Origin: Bythopirellula sp.
GTDB lineage: Bacteria > Planctomycetota > Planctomycetia > Pirellulales > Lacipirellulaceae
Assembly (NCBI GenBank): GCA_965216565.1
Contig: OZ244170.1
Span: forward strand, 1,472,001 to 1,536,000
DNA length: 64,000 bases
Reading direction: 5' to 3'
Shown: piece by piece, positions 29,748 to 39,318 of the stretch
Layout of the letters: every line of letters starts with the position of its first letter
How positions within the stretch are numbered: the first letter of the stretch is position 1
The notes under the pieces: generated by a model
Told to the model about the DNA's origin: nothing
Databases searched by the model: none
What the model saw: only the letters and a program-made list of their open reading frames with translations
Translations under genes and position numbers: made by a program

Positions 29748-29763
29748 TGGCACACAAAATGCA
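29748..29763 (+). promoter_or_regulatory. Sigma-54 promoter for the MGDKG micropeptide
   Basis: TGGCAC-ACAAA-ATGCA with GG-N10-GC spacing. Confidence 0.7.
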
Positions 29764-29850
29764 GTTCGGTAGAGTCAATGCGTGAGCCACCTCTGGCGGG
29801 TAATGACTCGCCAGGTTCACGCGACTCTCCCAGTGCGAAGGAGCACACCA

Positions 29851-29970
29851 ATGGGCGACAAAGGAAAGGGTGCCAAAGTCGATAAAAAATCGTCTTCTGC
29901 CAAGGCACCAAGTGGTAGCAAGGACACCACCAAACCCGAGTCCGGGAAGCCTTCTGGCAAGAAGGCGTAA
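29851..29970 (+). CDS. 39-aa Lys/Ser/Gly-rich micropeptide (MGDKGKGAKVDKK...)
   Basis: AAGGAG 7 nt before ATG; own sigma-54 motif; same N-terminus as 39319..39426. Confidence 0.6.
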   Translation: MGDKGKGAKVDKKSSSAKAPSGSKDTTKPESGKPSGKKA

Positions 29971-30205
29971 GTCTTGCCCCGAATACCGCCGAGCCGTTGC
30001 CATCTCTCGTACGACGGCTCTGGCGGCGGGTCTTATATTTGAAAATCAATCCTTAGGTCAAATTCAGGCTTTATTGCTGGGGTGCTGAAACCTTCCCTTC
30101 TCGTTAAATCGACAGAAGAAGGGGTTGCAGGACAGGAATTTGCAGCTACAGTATTTGTAGCTGCGCAATCATGCCCTGCACCGTCACCTCGCTGAAATCT
30201 CTACC

Positions 30206-30721
30206 ATGTCGAAAGCCACCATTACTCGAGACGAGTTCCTTGAAGACCGGCAGGGTAGGACTTTCACGGATGTTCTGAATGACCCTGAGCAGCCTTTCGA
30301 CGAAGTACTTGAGTTTTTCAGTGATGAAGACCGGCAACGACGCATGGAAGAGTCGGAACTACATCATGAACGTGCCCCACTCGCAGGAGTAGTACGAGAA
30401 CTTGAATCGATTCCAGCCATCGATCTATTTCTCTCAGAAATCCATGCACAGCGAACGCTGCGATTACGGCAAGCAATTGGGGTCTTAGTGCGAATTATCA
30501 TGCACCGCCGTGGCTGGAAGAAAACTGGCAAGAAGGGCTCGCTGGGCGTTCGTGCCACTGCTTCCGAGAATTCACCTTCTTGCAACACCGGTGGCCTGGC
30601 ATTTTGGTTCATCCGAGCGGAACGGTATCAGCTCAGATCAGGAATGCCGTTCCAAACCGCAGCCGAACGATTTCACGAATTACAAGTCACTCAAGCGGAA
30701 CCTGCCGCTGGTGAGCGTTGA
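30206..30721 (+). CDS. Hypothetical protein
   Basis: 171-aa ORF with protein-like composition. Confidence 0.7.
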   Translation: MSKATITRDEFLEDRQGRTFTDVLNDPEQPFDEVLEFFSDEDRQRRMEESELHHERAPLAGVVRELESIPAIDLFLSEIHAQRTLRLRQAIGVLVRIIMHRRGWKKTGKKGSLGVRATASENSPSCNTGGLAFWFIRAERYQLRSGMPFQTAAERFHELQVTQAEPAAGER

Positions 30722-30985
30722 AGCTCACCTTGGACAAACCTCACGTCACGCACTAATCCATCCGCAGTATCGATCAGAGACGAGGGCTTCGCCTGCCGCA
30801 TTCGCGTCGAAGGCGTAGACATCGCAGGTCAGATACTAGCTTGTCTAAGCAAGGCTTTCGTATTCAAGACGAGTGAGCCGATGGAGAAGAGCCGGCATCC
30901 GCCGCAGTGCATCTTCCGGGTGGCGTATGGATCTCAGTTCTCTTATCGCAAGCTAGTCGGGCTCCTCTCTGCGATTCCGGGGTTA

Positions 30986-31084
30986 GGACTGCGGATGGAA
31001 CCACCTAGCACGGAAACGGATTGGAGAGAAACCAGGAATGATTAGCAATTATTCGTGTCACAAGAACGATTTCCCAAGGAGGGA
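30986..31084 (+). promoter_or_regulatory. GGA-rich leader upstream of csrA (putative CsrA-binding array)
   Basis: Nine GGA in 99 nt, several as ANGGA. Confidence 0.5.
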
Positions 31085-31087
31085 GCG

Positions 31088-31321
31088 ATGTTGATACTGA
31101 GCCGAAGGAAACAGGAAAGCATCTGGATTAGCGACGATATTGTCGTGACGGTGCTTGAGATTCAGCGGAACAAAGTGCGCATTGGCATCGATGCTCCGAA
31201 GGAAATCCCTGTTCTGCGTACTGAACTGCAGCACCGTATTTTAGATTCAGCACGACGTGATTCCCGTTCTAGGGTCACCGACGATACGGAAACCGCCTTG
31301 GAAAAAAAGGTGCCGTCATGA
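31088..31321 (+). CDS. csrA: Carbon storage regulator CsrA paralog 2
   Basis: MLILSRRKQESIWI...VRIGIDAPKEIPVLRTEL. Confidence 0.92.
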   Translation: MLILSRRKQESIWISDDIVVTVLEIQRNKVRIGIDAPKEIPVLRTELQHRILDSARRDSRSRVTDDTETALEKKVPS

Positions 31322-31884
31322 CGTTGAGCCAAGTCGTTGTTAGCACACCCAGATACGTCCTGATGGATGGGAGTCGCCGTATTGGGCCCGAAGCGGAGCC
31401 ATTGTGTTTGGGAAATCAGTGCTTGCCGATATATGGATTTTCAGGCAAGGCTCTCTATGACAAGTTTTTGTCGCAAAGTGAACTGGCATTAACGCCTTAT
31501 CCACTGGTTGGAGGCTATCTGCGGAATCAAATTGAATCAGCAGGCGATAGCCTCATGCTTGTGGCAATTGACCCAGCAGGGATCCAGGAGCCTTATTTGC
31601 AAGCGGCAACGATGGCGGCTGTGTTGGAAGCACAGAAAACCAATGCGATGCACGTGACTGCGAATTATCGGCTGGTGTTCGATCAACTAGCGGATGCTTA
31701 CAGAGTGGAAGAAGCTTCAAAATCGAGTAAAGGATCCACCGGCAGAGCCGGTGGCTTTCAGGTGAGAGCCCATAGGGCTCGCTTATTCAATTCAAACGAA
31801 CTTCAAAACCAACAGCAGAAAACTCAGACGGCGGAGCCTAATATCTCTGACCACGTCCAGAGGACGTGGTTTTACCTTCGGTAA
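31318..31884 (+). CDS. Hypothetical protein; C-terminal ~50 aa probably derived from an inserted miniature element
   Basis: ATGA overlap with csrA; 3' part spans three hairpins. Confidence 0.65.
   Translation: MTLSQVVVSTPRYVLMDGSRRIGPEAEPLCLGNQCLPIYGFSGKALYDKFLSQSELALTPYPLVGGYLRNQIESAGDSLMLVAIDPAGIQEPYLQAATMAAVLEAQKTNAMHVTANYRLVFDQLADAYRVEEASKSSKGSTGRAGGFQVRAHRARLFNSNELQNQQQKTQTAEPNISDHVQRTWFYLR
31730..31875. mobile_element. Candidate non-autonomous IS200/IS605-type miniature element
   Basis: Perfect hairpins CCACCGGC-AGA-GCCGGTGG (31736-31754) and ACCACGTCC-AGA-GGACGTGGT (31850-31870), plus GAGCCC-ATA-GGGCTC. Confidence 0.45.
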
Positions 31885-31951
31885 TCAATAGACACCTTCG
31901 ATGACGAGTAGACAGGTGCAGCTGTCAGACTTCACAAAAGGAATCAAGACC

Positions 31952-32149
31952 ATGAATTGGGATCAGATCAAAAGTAACTGGGAGGTAGTGAGTGACGAGA
32001 TCAAGAGAACTTGGGGGAAATTGAGCGAAGCCGATATTGTCGGCATCGCCGGCCAGCGCGATCAGCTCGCGAGTATGCTGGAAGAACGATACGGATACGC
32101 GCCTGTCGTGGCGCAAAACAAGGTCGACGAGTTTGCCCAGAGACTGTAG
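31952..32149 (+). CDS. CsbD-family general stress protein
   Basis: MNWDQIKSNW...WGKLSEAD...GQRDQL...ERYG. Confidence 0.88.
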   Translation: MNWDQIKSNWEVVSDEIKRTWGKLSEADIVGIAGQRDQLASMLEERYGYAPVVAQNKVDEFAQRL

Positions 32150-32270
32150 CGGTAGCTTGTAGCTACCTCATGCTGCTTACTGACGTCGCAAGACTACAAA
32201 CGCGGGCCGCACCTGCAGATCGCTCGCACATCTATCGGTAAAGCAGGTCTTTAAACGATAAGGAGTTCGC

Positions 32271-34040
32271 ATGTTACGCTTGGAAGGGATTCCCATTTCG
32301 CCTGGTTTCGCAAGTGGGACTGCTGTTGTCTATGACTATGAACTCGGGAGACGGATTGAAGTGTTGCACTCCAATTTTTCGCCCGTGGATGTTGAATCTG
32401 AATGGAAACGGCTCGACAGTGCATTAGAACTATCACGTAGGGATTTGCAGCTGCTGGAACAGACTTCGTCAAAGCGACCTAATCTGAGCAAATCGGTGGC
32501 GCTTCTGTCGGCCCATTCGGCGATGACGCACGAAATAGCCGAGCTGGTCAAGCAACACGTTGGCCGAGAACTGGTCAATGCAGAAGAAGCGCTTGATTCG
32601 GTGATCTGCCATTGGGTGGAACGATTGCAACGGCTCGACAACGACTATCTGCGGCAGAGGGAGCAAGACGTCCGGGATGTGGGAAGAAGGATGACAAGGA
32701 ATCTAGCGGGCACTCTGCCGTGGAGCAAAGGCCCCTTGCCACCCGGATCGATCATTGTCGCTCGAGAGCTTTTGCCGTCAGAAGCCATAGAGCTTGCGAA
32801 TTGTGGCGTGGCGGCGATTGTCACTGAACACGGTGGGAAATACAGCCATACCGCCATCCTCGCTAGATCGTTAGATATTCCCGCTGTCACGAGCATTCTC
32901 CACGCGACTTCTGAAATTCATCCTGGAATGAAATTGCTCGTAGATGGCCAGAGTGGAAATGTAACGTTAGCGCCATCCGAGTCCGATGAAGAATCTTTTG
33001 CAGAGCGAAAACAAAACTACGAAATTCTGGTCGCGTCACTGGTCGCTAAAGAGGATGCGCCTTGTACAACTCAGGACGGCATAGAACTCTCGCTACTGGC
33101 CAACATCGGAGTTCCCGAGGAGGTTGAAGCCGTGGCGAAACACGGTTTTGCTGGGGTCGGGTTATTTCGAACAGAGTTTCTCTTTCTTGAATCACTTGAG
33201 CGTCCTAGCGTACAAACACAGGTCGAAATGTATGACAAGATGGCGAAGGGTCTCGATGGTCAACCATTGGTCATTCGCACTTTCGATCTCGGTGGTGACA
33301 AACTGCCGCCGTTTCTCCTGAATGAGGATTTGGAGACGCATCGCAAGCTTCATTTGCGGGGCTTGCGATTCTCACTCGCCGAGCGAGTCCTCCTGGAAGA
33401 GCAACTACAGGCAATTTTACAGGTCGCTCAAACGTCGGACGTACACATCTTGTTTCCCATGGTGATCGGCGGTGATGACTTGGCGCAGGCCCTTGCCGCA
33501 GTCGACCGTGTCGTCAAGAAGTTTGGCTTCCTGCGAACTCCTCCAATCGGGGCAATGATTGAAACGCCAGCAGCACTGTATTCCCTAGACGAGATTCTCG
33601 ATCTTGCGGACTTTGTAGCCATCGGTACGAATGATCTCACCCAATACATGCTTGCCACGGATCGGGAATTGGAAGCAGGCAAGAACGATTGCACTGCTAT
33701 GCACCCGGCTGTCCTTAGAGCAATTAAGCAGGTCGTCTTGGCAGCAGAAAAGCATCAGTGTCCCGTCTGCGTATGCGGTGAAGAGGCCGGAGACGCTGAC
33801 TTCGCGTGTTTGCTTATGGGACTGGGCATCCGCGAATTAAGTCTCAGCCTAGGACGAGGTGTCGTTATCCGTGAGGCTTTGCACGGAATCAAATCGCAGG
33901 AAGCGCGAGAGACCGCAGACCAGGCCCTTCGATGCCAAAACCCAATAGAAGTACGCAAACTGCTCGCTGCTCTGCGCACCAATGTGGCTGAGTCGACTCC
34001 GTCTTTCCTGGATGCCCCGGCTAAGCAAGATGCACAATAA
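32271..34040 (+). CDS. ptsI: PEP-protein phosphotransferase (PTS enzyme I)
   Basis: SHTAILAR (phospho-His), GLFRTEFLF, RTFDLGGDK, MIETP, GTNDLTQY, CGE. Confidence 0.92.
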   Translation: MLRLEGIPISPGFASGTAVVYDYELGRRIEVLHSNFSPVDVESEWKRLDSALELSRRDLQLLEQTSSKRPNLSKSVALLSAHSAMTHEIAELVKQHVGRELVNAEEALDSVICHWVERLQRLDNDYLRQREQDVRDVGRRMTRNLAGTLPWSKGPLPPGSIIVARELLPSEAIELANCGVAAIVTEHGGKYSHTAILARSLDIPAVTSILHATSEIHPGMKLLVDGQSGNVTLAPSESDEESFAERKQNYEILVASLVAKEDAPCTTQDGIELSLLANIGVPEEVEAVAKHGFAGVGLFRTEFLFLESLERPSVQTQVEMYDKMAKGLDGQPLVIRTFDLGGDKLPPFLLNEDLETHRKLHLRGLRFSLAERVLLEEQLQAILQVAQTSDVHILFPMVIGGDDLAQALAAVDRVVKKFGFLRTPPIGAMIETPAALYSLDEILDLADFVAIGTNDLTQYMLATDRELEAGKNDCTAMHPAVLRAIKQVVLAAEKHQCPVCVCGEEAGDADFACLLMGLGIRELSLSLGRGVVIREALHGIKSQEARETADQALRCQNPIEVRKLLAALRTNVAESTPSFLDAPAKQDAQ

Positions 34041-34260
34041 CAAGAAACCCGAACCACTGAATCCTTGTCCGAGGCCAGGAAAGTGTCCTGTCTGTGGCTT
34101 TTCGACGTATTCATTGAACGGTATTCATCCACAGTGTGCCGTCTCACAGGCGGATGAACCGCGACGCCTACGATTGGTTGCTGAAAGAAAGGCGAAAATC
34201 GATCTGGTAAAGAGGGACGTCGGAAGGACGGAAATCATTGAAGGGACTCAACCCCTATGA
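34030..34260 (+). CDS. Small putative zinc-binding protein
   Basis: CPVCG...HPQC; overlaps the ptsI stop. Confidence 0.5.
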   Translation: MHNNKKPEPLNPCPRPGKCPVCGFSTYSLNGIHPQCAVSQADEPRRLRLVAERKAKIDLVKRDVGRTEIIEGTQPL

Positions 34261-34312
34261 CTGGACGATGCAGCGATGTTACTCCTCCCGTTCCCTCGTA
34301 AGAAATCCACAA

Positions 34313-36646
34313 ATGGCCTATTCCCACTTACGTAAAATCGCCTTCGTTGGTGACTATTTGCCGCGCAAATGCGGCATCGCCACGTTTACCCACGATCTCC
34401 GCAGCGCGGTGGCCCAATTCGCCCCGTCCGAATGTATCGTCGTTCCAGTAGATGACTTGGCTGACAGCTACGATTACCCGTCCGAGGTGCGATTCCAGAT
34501 CGCTGAACAAGATCTGGACTCCTATCGACGTGCGGCTGACTTCATCAATTTCAGCGAGATCGACGTAGTTTCACTGCAACATGAATTCGGGATCTATGGG
34601 GGACCTGCAGGAGGTCACATTCTGACGTTCTTACGTGACCTGCGATGTCCGGTGGTAACAACCCTTCACACGGTGCTACCCGAACCGAGCGTTGATCAGC
34701 GGCGTGTGATGGACCAGCTAGTGGAGCTTTCAACACGGCTGGTCGTGATGACCCAACGCAGCAAGTCCATGCTTCAAGAAGTCTACAAAGTTCCAGAACA
34801 CAAGATCGATCACATTGTACATGGTATTCCGGATCGTCCCTTTGCTGATCCTAATTACTATAAGGACCAGTTTGGTGTCGAAGGTAAGTACGTGGGACTA
34901 ACTTTTGGTTTACTTTCCCCCAACAAGGGAATCGAAACCGTCCTAACGGCACTACCGGAGGTCATTCGGGAAGTGCCGAATTTTGTGTATCTCATCCTGG
35001 GAGCAACCCATCCTAGCTTGGTTCGGTCTGAAGGTGAAACGTATCGGATCAGCCTAGAGCGGATGGCCAAGGAATTGGGAATTCAGAAGCACGTCAGCTT
35101 CTACAATCGCTTTGTGGAATTGCGCGAGTTGACCGACTTCATTGGTGCCGCCGACTTGTACATCACACCCTACTTGAACGCCGCCCAGGCTGTCTCTGGG
35201 ACACTGGCCTACTCCTTTGGTTGCGGGCAAGCAGTGATCTCAACGCCCTATTGGCACGCCGAAGAATTGCTGGCCGACGACCGTGGCGTTCTTGTTCCAT
35301 TTGCTGATTCCCCGGCGCTCGCTCGGGAGATGATCGCCCTGCTGGGTGACGATAAGCGCCGTCACGCCATGCGAAAGCGTGCCTATCTCCTCGGGCGAGA
35401 GATGGTTTGGAGTCATGTCGCCGGTTTGTACCTCAAATCCTTCGAGGCCGCACGGCGCAGTCGCAGCCACGTACCGAAACCGCTGGCAGTTCGAACCTTG
35501 GAAGAGCAGCAGCTTATCATGCCGCGTTTGAATCTCGACCACCTGATGCGAATGACCGATTCGACCGGCATCCAGCAACATGCTTGTTATTCAATTCCAA
35601 ACCATCGCGAAGGCTACTGTACCGATGACAATGCCAGGGCATTGATACTGACAGTGCTGTTAGAAGAACTGGGGATGGATTCGCGAGAAGTACATCAGGC
35701 CGCGTCGACGTACGCTGCCTTCCTCAACTATGGATTTGATCCAGAGACTGGACGATTTCGCAACTTCATGAGTTACGACCGGCAATGGTTGGAACGGGAC
35801 GGTTCGGACGATTCGCAAGGTCGGTCGATCTGGGCTCTGGGTACCTGCATCGGTCGATCACATCGGCGTAGTGTTCAGTCCTGGGCGGTTCAATTGTTCG
35901 AAAAGGCGTTGCCTACCTGCGCTGAGACAACTTCCCCGCGTACTTGGGCCCATATACTGATTGGCATCCACGAATACTTACGTCGATTCAGCGGCGACCG
36001 ACTCGTCAATCAAGTACGCGAGGTGCTGACTGACAAACTGATTACATTGTATGAAAACTCGGCAACGGAGGATTGGCCCTGGTTCGAGGACGTGGCATCT
36101 TACAACAATGCCAGGATTTCGCAGGCATTGATTCTCAGCGGACGTTGGAGTTGCAACGAGCGAGCCACTCAAATCGGGCTTCGATCTTTGCGGTGGTTGG
36201 CAGAACAGCAACTGTCACCGTCGGGTCGATTTCGCCCTATCGGGTGCAATGGCTTTTGCCGCCGAGGTGAGCCGGCCGCCGAATATGACCAACAGCCTAT
36301 CGAAGCGCATGCGATGGTGTCTGCTGCGATTGAAGCGTTCGCCGCTACCGACGATAGTTTTTGGTGCGAACAGGCGCATCTTGCATTCGACTGGTTCCTA
36401 GGTCGCAACGATCTTGGGCAATCTATATACGACACCGGCACCGGCGGCTGTCACGATGGTCTGCAAGAGAATCGCGTCAACGAGAACCAAGGTGCCGAAT
36501 CAACCTTGGCGTTCTTACTATCTTTGGCGGAGATGGAACTACTTGAGAACTCCTTCGCGGCATTCAAGTCGAAGCCTACTGAGGCAAGAATTGCCCACGC
36601 GAAGCCAGAGACCCCGAGACTAACGCATGCAGATGGAACTTACTAA
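34313..36646 (+). CDS. GT4 glycosyltransferase fused to a C-terminal six-hairpin glycosidase-like domain
   Basis: PRKCGIATF, QHEFGIYG, FGLLSPNKG; C-terminal YCTDDNARAL, DQQPIE, NQGAESTL. Confidence 0.88.
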   Translation: MAYSHLRKIAFVGDYLPRKCGIATFTHDLRSAVAQFAPSECIVVPVDDLADSYDYPSEVRFQIAEQDLDSYRRAADFINFSEIDVVSLQHEFGIYGGPAGGHILTFLRDLRCPVVTTLHTVLPEPSVDQRRVMDQLVELSTRLVVMTQRSKSMLQEVYKVPEHKIDHIVHGIPDRPFADPNYYKDQFGVEGKYVGLTFGLLSPNKGIETVLTALPEVIREVPNFVYLILGATHPSLVRSEGETYRISLERMAKELGIQKHVSFYNRFVELRELTDFIGAADLYITPYLNAAQAVSGTLAYSFGCGQAVISTPYWHAEELLADDRGVLVPFADSPALAREMIALLGDDKRRHAMRKRAYLLGREMVWSHVAGLYLKSFEAARRSRSHVPKPLAVRTLEEQQLIMPRLNLDHLMRMTDSTGIQQHACYSIPNHREGYCTDDNARALILTVLLEELGMDSREVHQAASTYAAFLNYGFDPETGRFRNFMSYDRQWLERDGSDDSQGRSIWALGTCIGRSHRRSVQSWAVQLFEKALPTCAETTSPRTWAHILIGIHEYLRRFSGDRLVNQVREVLTDKLITLYENSATEDWPWFEDVASYNNARISQALILSGRWSCNERATQIGLRSLRWLAEQQLSPSGRFRPIGCNGFCRRGEPAAEYDQQPIEAHAMVSAAIEAFAATDDSFWCEQAHLAFDWFLGRNDLGQSIYDTGTGGCHDGLQENRVNENQGAESTLAFLLSLAEMELLENSFAAFKSKPTEARIAHAKPETPRLTHADGTY

Positions 36647-38123
36647 GGTCGTAATGTCAAACAACTTCATCAATCTCAGGCGAGCCGGAACGGTCCTCAA
36701 ACCGGACCAGTCACGCGTTCTATTACGACCGTTTAGTCCCGGAGATTCACAGCGAACCAGCAGGATCATCACCCGGATAATGGCCCTCCCGGAAAAACAG
36801 GTTGGCCATCTACTAGATGAAGTTACCGCCGAGTTCTCTCAGCGACACCGGGAAATTCGCCGAATGTTTCTGGAGCGTTTCGAACAGGTCAGACAAGAAC
36901 ATGATCCGGAAGGAGACTTATCCGAAGCAAGAAGACTGTTGATCGGCTCCTACTTCCTCGCCGAATACACTCTCGAATCCGCCGCGCTTTTTAATCCCTC
37001 GATCGTGAGGCACCCGGACCAAGCCGGTTTGCCGCCGGGAGCCCTGCGGTTCATACTCAGCCTGCGCGCAACGGGAGAAGGCCACATCTCTTCGATCACC
37101 TTTCGGACCGGTATCATACACTCAAATAATCAGATCGAAGTACTGGACGCTGCTGGCTACCTCACGGAGCCGCGGCAAATCCCTAACCCGGCCTATGGAA
37201 AGGGCTTGTTCACACGGAAACTTCAAGAGCTGGGATTCAACAGTGAGTTCACAGGCCGGGTCCTAGACAGACTGGGTGATTCGTTCGACATGCAAGAACT
37301 TCGAGCCGCCCTCAATGCTGAATTGGATCAGGAACGTCATTTGCAAGGCGTTTTGCAGGAAGACCAGGACACCGCTCACGGGATCTGGATGCTGGCTCAG
37401 TCCAACTACGAAGTCCAATTTCAGCCCGAACAACAGCTTTCCGAGCGCATTCTGTTTCCAGCCACGCCGTCACAGAGCAACGGCATCGAAGATGCGAGGT
37501 TTGTCCGCTTCCAAAATGATGATGGCAGCTACATCTACTACGCAACTTTCACCGCCTTCGATGGCAAAGTAGTCATGCCCGAGCTGGTGGAAACCGTTGA
37601 TTTCCTTCGTTTCCGCTTCATCACTTTAAATGGGCCAGCAGCGCAAAACAAAGGCATGGCCATGTTCCCTCGAAAAATCAACGGACACTATGCGATGCTC
37701 GCGCGGCAGGACAACGAGAGTATCTATCTCAGCTACTCCGACAACGTCCATTTCTGGAATGAACGCCAAGTGCTGCTCAGGCCGACCTTCTCGTGGGAGC
37801 TAATCCAAATCGGGAATTGTGGGTCACCCATAGAAACCGATGCTGGCTGGCTGGTACTAAGTCACGGTGTTGGCCCATTGCGCAGATACTGTATCGGTGC
37901 GTTCCTGTTGGACCGCGACGATCCGAGCAAGGTTATTGGACGCCTGCGCACACCCCTACTTGAGCCCAACGAGAACGAGCGAAAGGGCTACGTACCGAAC
38001 GTTGTCTACACGTGTGGCGCATTGGTACACAAAAGCGAACTCATCATCCCGTATGGATTGGCTGACCATGCTACAGGTTTTGCAACTGTTCCCGTTGGGG
38101 ACGTTTTGGCAGCGATGGAGTGA
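36627..38123 (+). CDS. GH130-like glycosidase/phosphorylase
   Basis: LFNPSI, GIEDARF, NKGMAMFP, IGNCGSP, GYVPNVVY. Confidence 0.85.
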   Translation: MQMELTKVVMSNNFINLRRAGTVLKPDQSRVLLRPFSPGDSQRTSRIITRIMALPEKQVGHLLDEVTAEFSQRHREIRRMFLERFEQVRQEHDPEGDLSEARRLLIGSYFLAEYTLESAALFNPSIVRHPDQAGLPPGALRFILSLRATGEGHISSITFRTGIIHSNNQIEVLDAAGYLTEPRQIPNPAYGKGLFTRKLQELGFNSEFTGRVLDRLGDSFDMQELRAALNAELDQERHLQGVLQEDQDTAHGIWMLAQSNYEVQFQPEQQLSERILFPATPSQSNGIEDARFVRFQNDDGSYIYYATFTAFDGKVVMPELVETVDFLRFRFITLNGPAAQNKGMAMFPRKINGHYAMLARQDNESIYLSYSDNVHFWNERQVLLRPTFSWELIQIGNCGSPIETDAGWLVLSHGVGPLRRYCIGAFLLDRDDPSKVIGRLRTPLLEPNENERKGYVPNVVYTCGALVHKSELIIPYGLADHATGFATVPVGDVLAAME

Positions 38124-39175
38124 GCGAAGGTTTGCACACCATGACGAAAACGAACAAACGAATCGCAGTGCTCTCACCAGTCGCTTGGCGAACTCCTCCT
38201 CGCCGGTACGGTGCTTGGGAGACTGTCGCCAGCAACATCACAGAAGGCCTCGTCGCCCGTGGTTGGGATGTGACGCTTTTCGCGACAGGGGATTCCCTAA
38301 CCCGCGCCAACCTGCATGCAGTTGTGGACAGGGCATACGAAGAGGATTCGACAGTCGACCCAAAGGTGGCCGAATACCTTCACATCTCCGAAGCATTCGA
38401 ACGAGCTGCTGATTTCGACTTAATCCATAGTCACTACGACTTTATGGCATTGACCTATACGCGACTGATCAGCACGCCTGTCCTGACCACGATCCACGGG
38501 TTCTCCTCGCCGCAAATCATGCAGGTGTATCAGAAGTATTGTGACGGGCACTTCGTTTCCATCAGCGATTCGGATCGAGCGCCCGGGCTTAATTACTTGG
38601 CAACTGTCTACAACGGCATTGATCTCAGTTTGTATCCGCTTCAGCCAGCATGCGGCGACGACCTGATCTTTCTGGGCCGGATTCACCCGGACAAGGGTGT
38701 TCATCTGGCGATCGAGGTTGCTCGCCAGAGTGGTTGGCCACTGCTGATTGCGGGAATTATTCAGGATCAGACCTACTTCGAGGAGCAGGTGAAACCGCAT
38801 CTTGATGACCGGCAGATTCGCTACATCGGACCGGTAGACGTACCAGGTAAAAACAAACTATTTGCGAGTGCGCGTGCACTTCTACATTTGAACACGATCC
38901 CAGAGCGATTCGGGCTTGTTTTGGCAGAGGCAAATGCCGCTGGCGTCCCTGTGATCGCAATGGATCTGGGCTCCTGCCGTGAAGTGATCGAAGACGGGCG
39001 GACTGGCTTTCTGGTAAACAACGTGAACGAAGCGGTACAGGCCCTGCAAAAGCTTTCCGAAATAGACCGCGTTGCCTGTCGCGAACACGTCCAGCAACGT
39101 TTCTCTGTCGACACGATGGTCGATGCGTATGAACGAGTCTATGACAAGATACTTAACCACGAAACAAAGGAATAA
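38120..39175 (+). CDS. GT4 glycosyltransferase
   Basis: PPRRYGAWE, FLGRIHPDKG, ERFGLVLAEA. Confidence 0.9.
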   Translation: MSEGLHTMTKTNKRIAVLSPVAWRTPPRRYGAWETVASNITEGLVARGWDVTLFATGDSLTRANLHAVVDRAYEEDSTVDPKVAEYLHISEAFERAADFDLIHSHYDFMALTYTRLISTPVLTTIHGFSSPQIMQVYQKYCDGHFVSISDSDRAPGLNYLATVYNGIDLSLYPLQPACGDDLIFLGRIHPDKGVHLAIEVARQSGWPLLIAGIIQDQTYFEEQVKPHLDDRQIRYIGPVDVPGKNKLFASARALLHLNTIPERFGLVLAEANAAGVPVIAMDLGSCREVIEDGRTGFLVNNVNEAVQALQKLSEIDRVACREHVQQRFSVDTMVDAYERVYDKILNHETKE

Positions 39176-39318
39176 TCATGGCATACGAAATCGTTAAGCG
39201 ACATTCAGAGTAGGCCATGTCCGACAAAGCAGCCGCCTTCGGGACATTCCAATCAACCAACTGGTATAAGCTATAAAACCGAAGTAGATTTTCATTTCTT
39301 GATCTAGGAGAGACCAAC

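Noticed and set aside
30020..30032. TGGCGGCGGG as an att copy of the tRNA-Met 3' end
   Set aside because: Only about 6 nt match, and it is explained as a hairpin arm.
39179..39195. TGGCATACGAAATCG as a sigma-54 promoter for the second micropeptide
   Set aside because: No GC at the -12 position; at best a decayed site.
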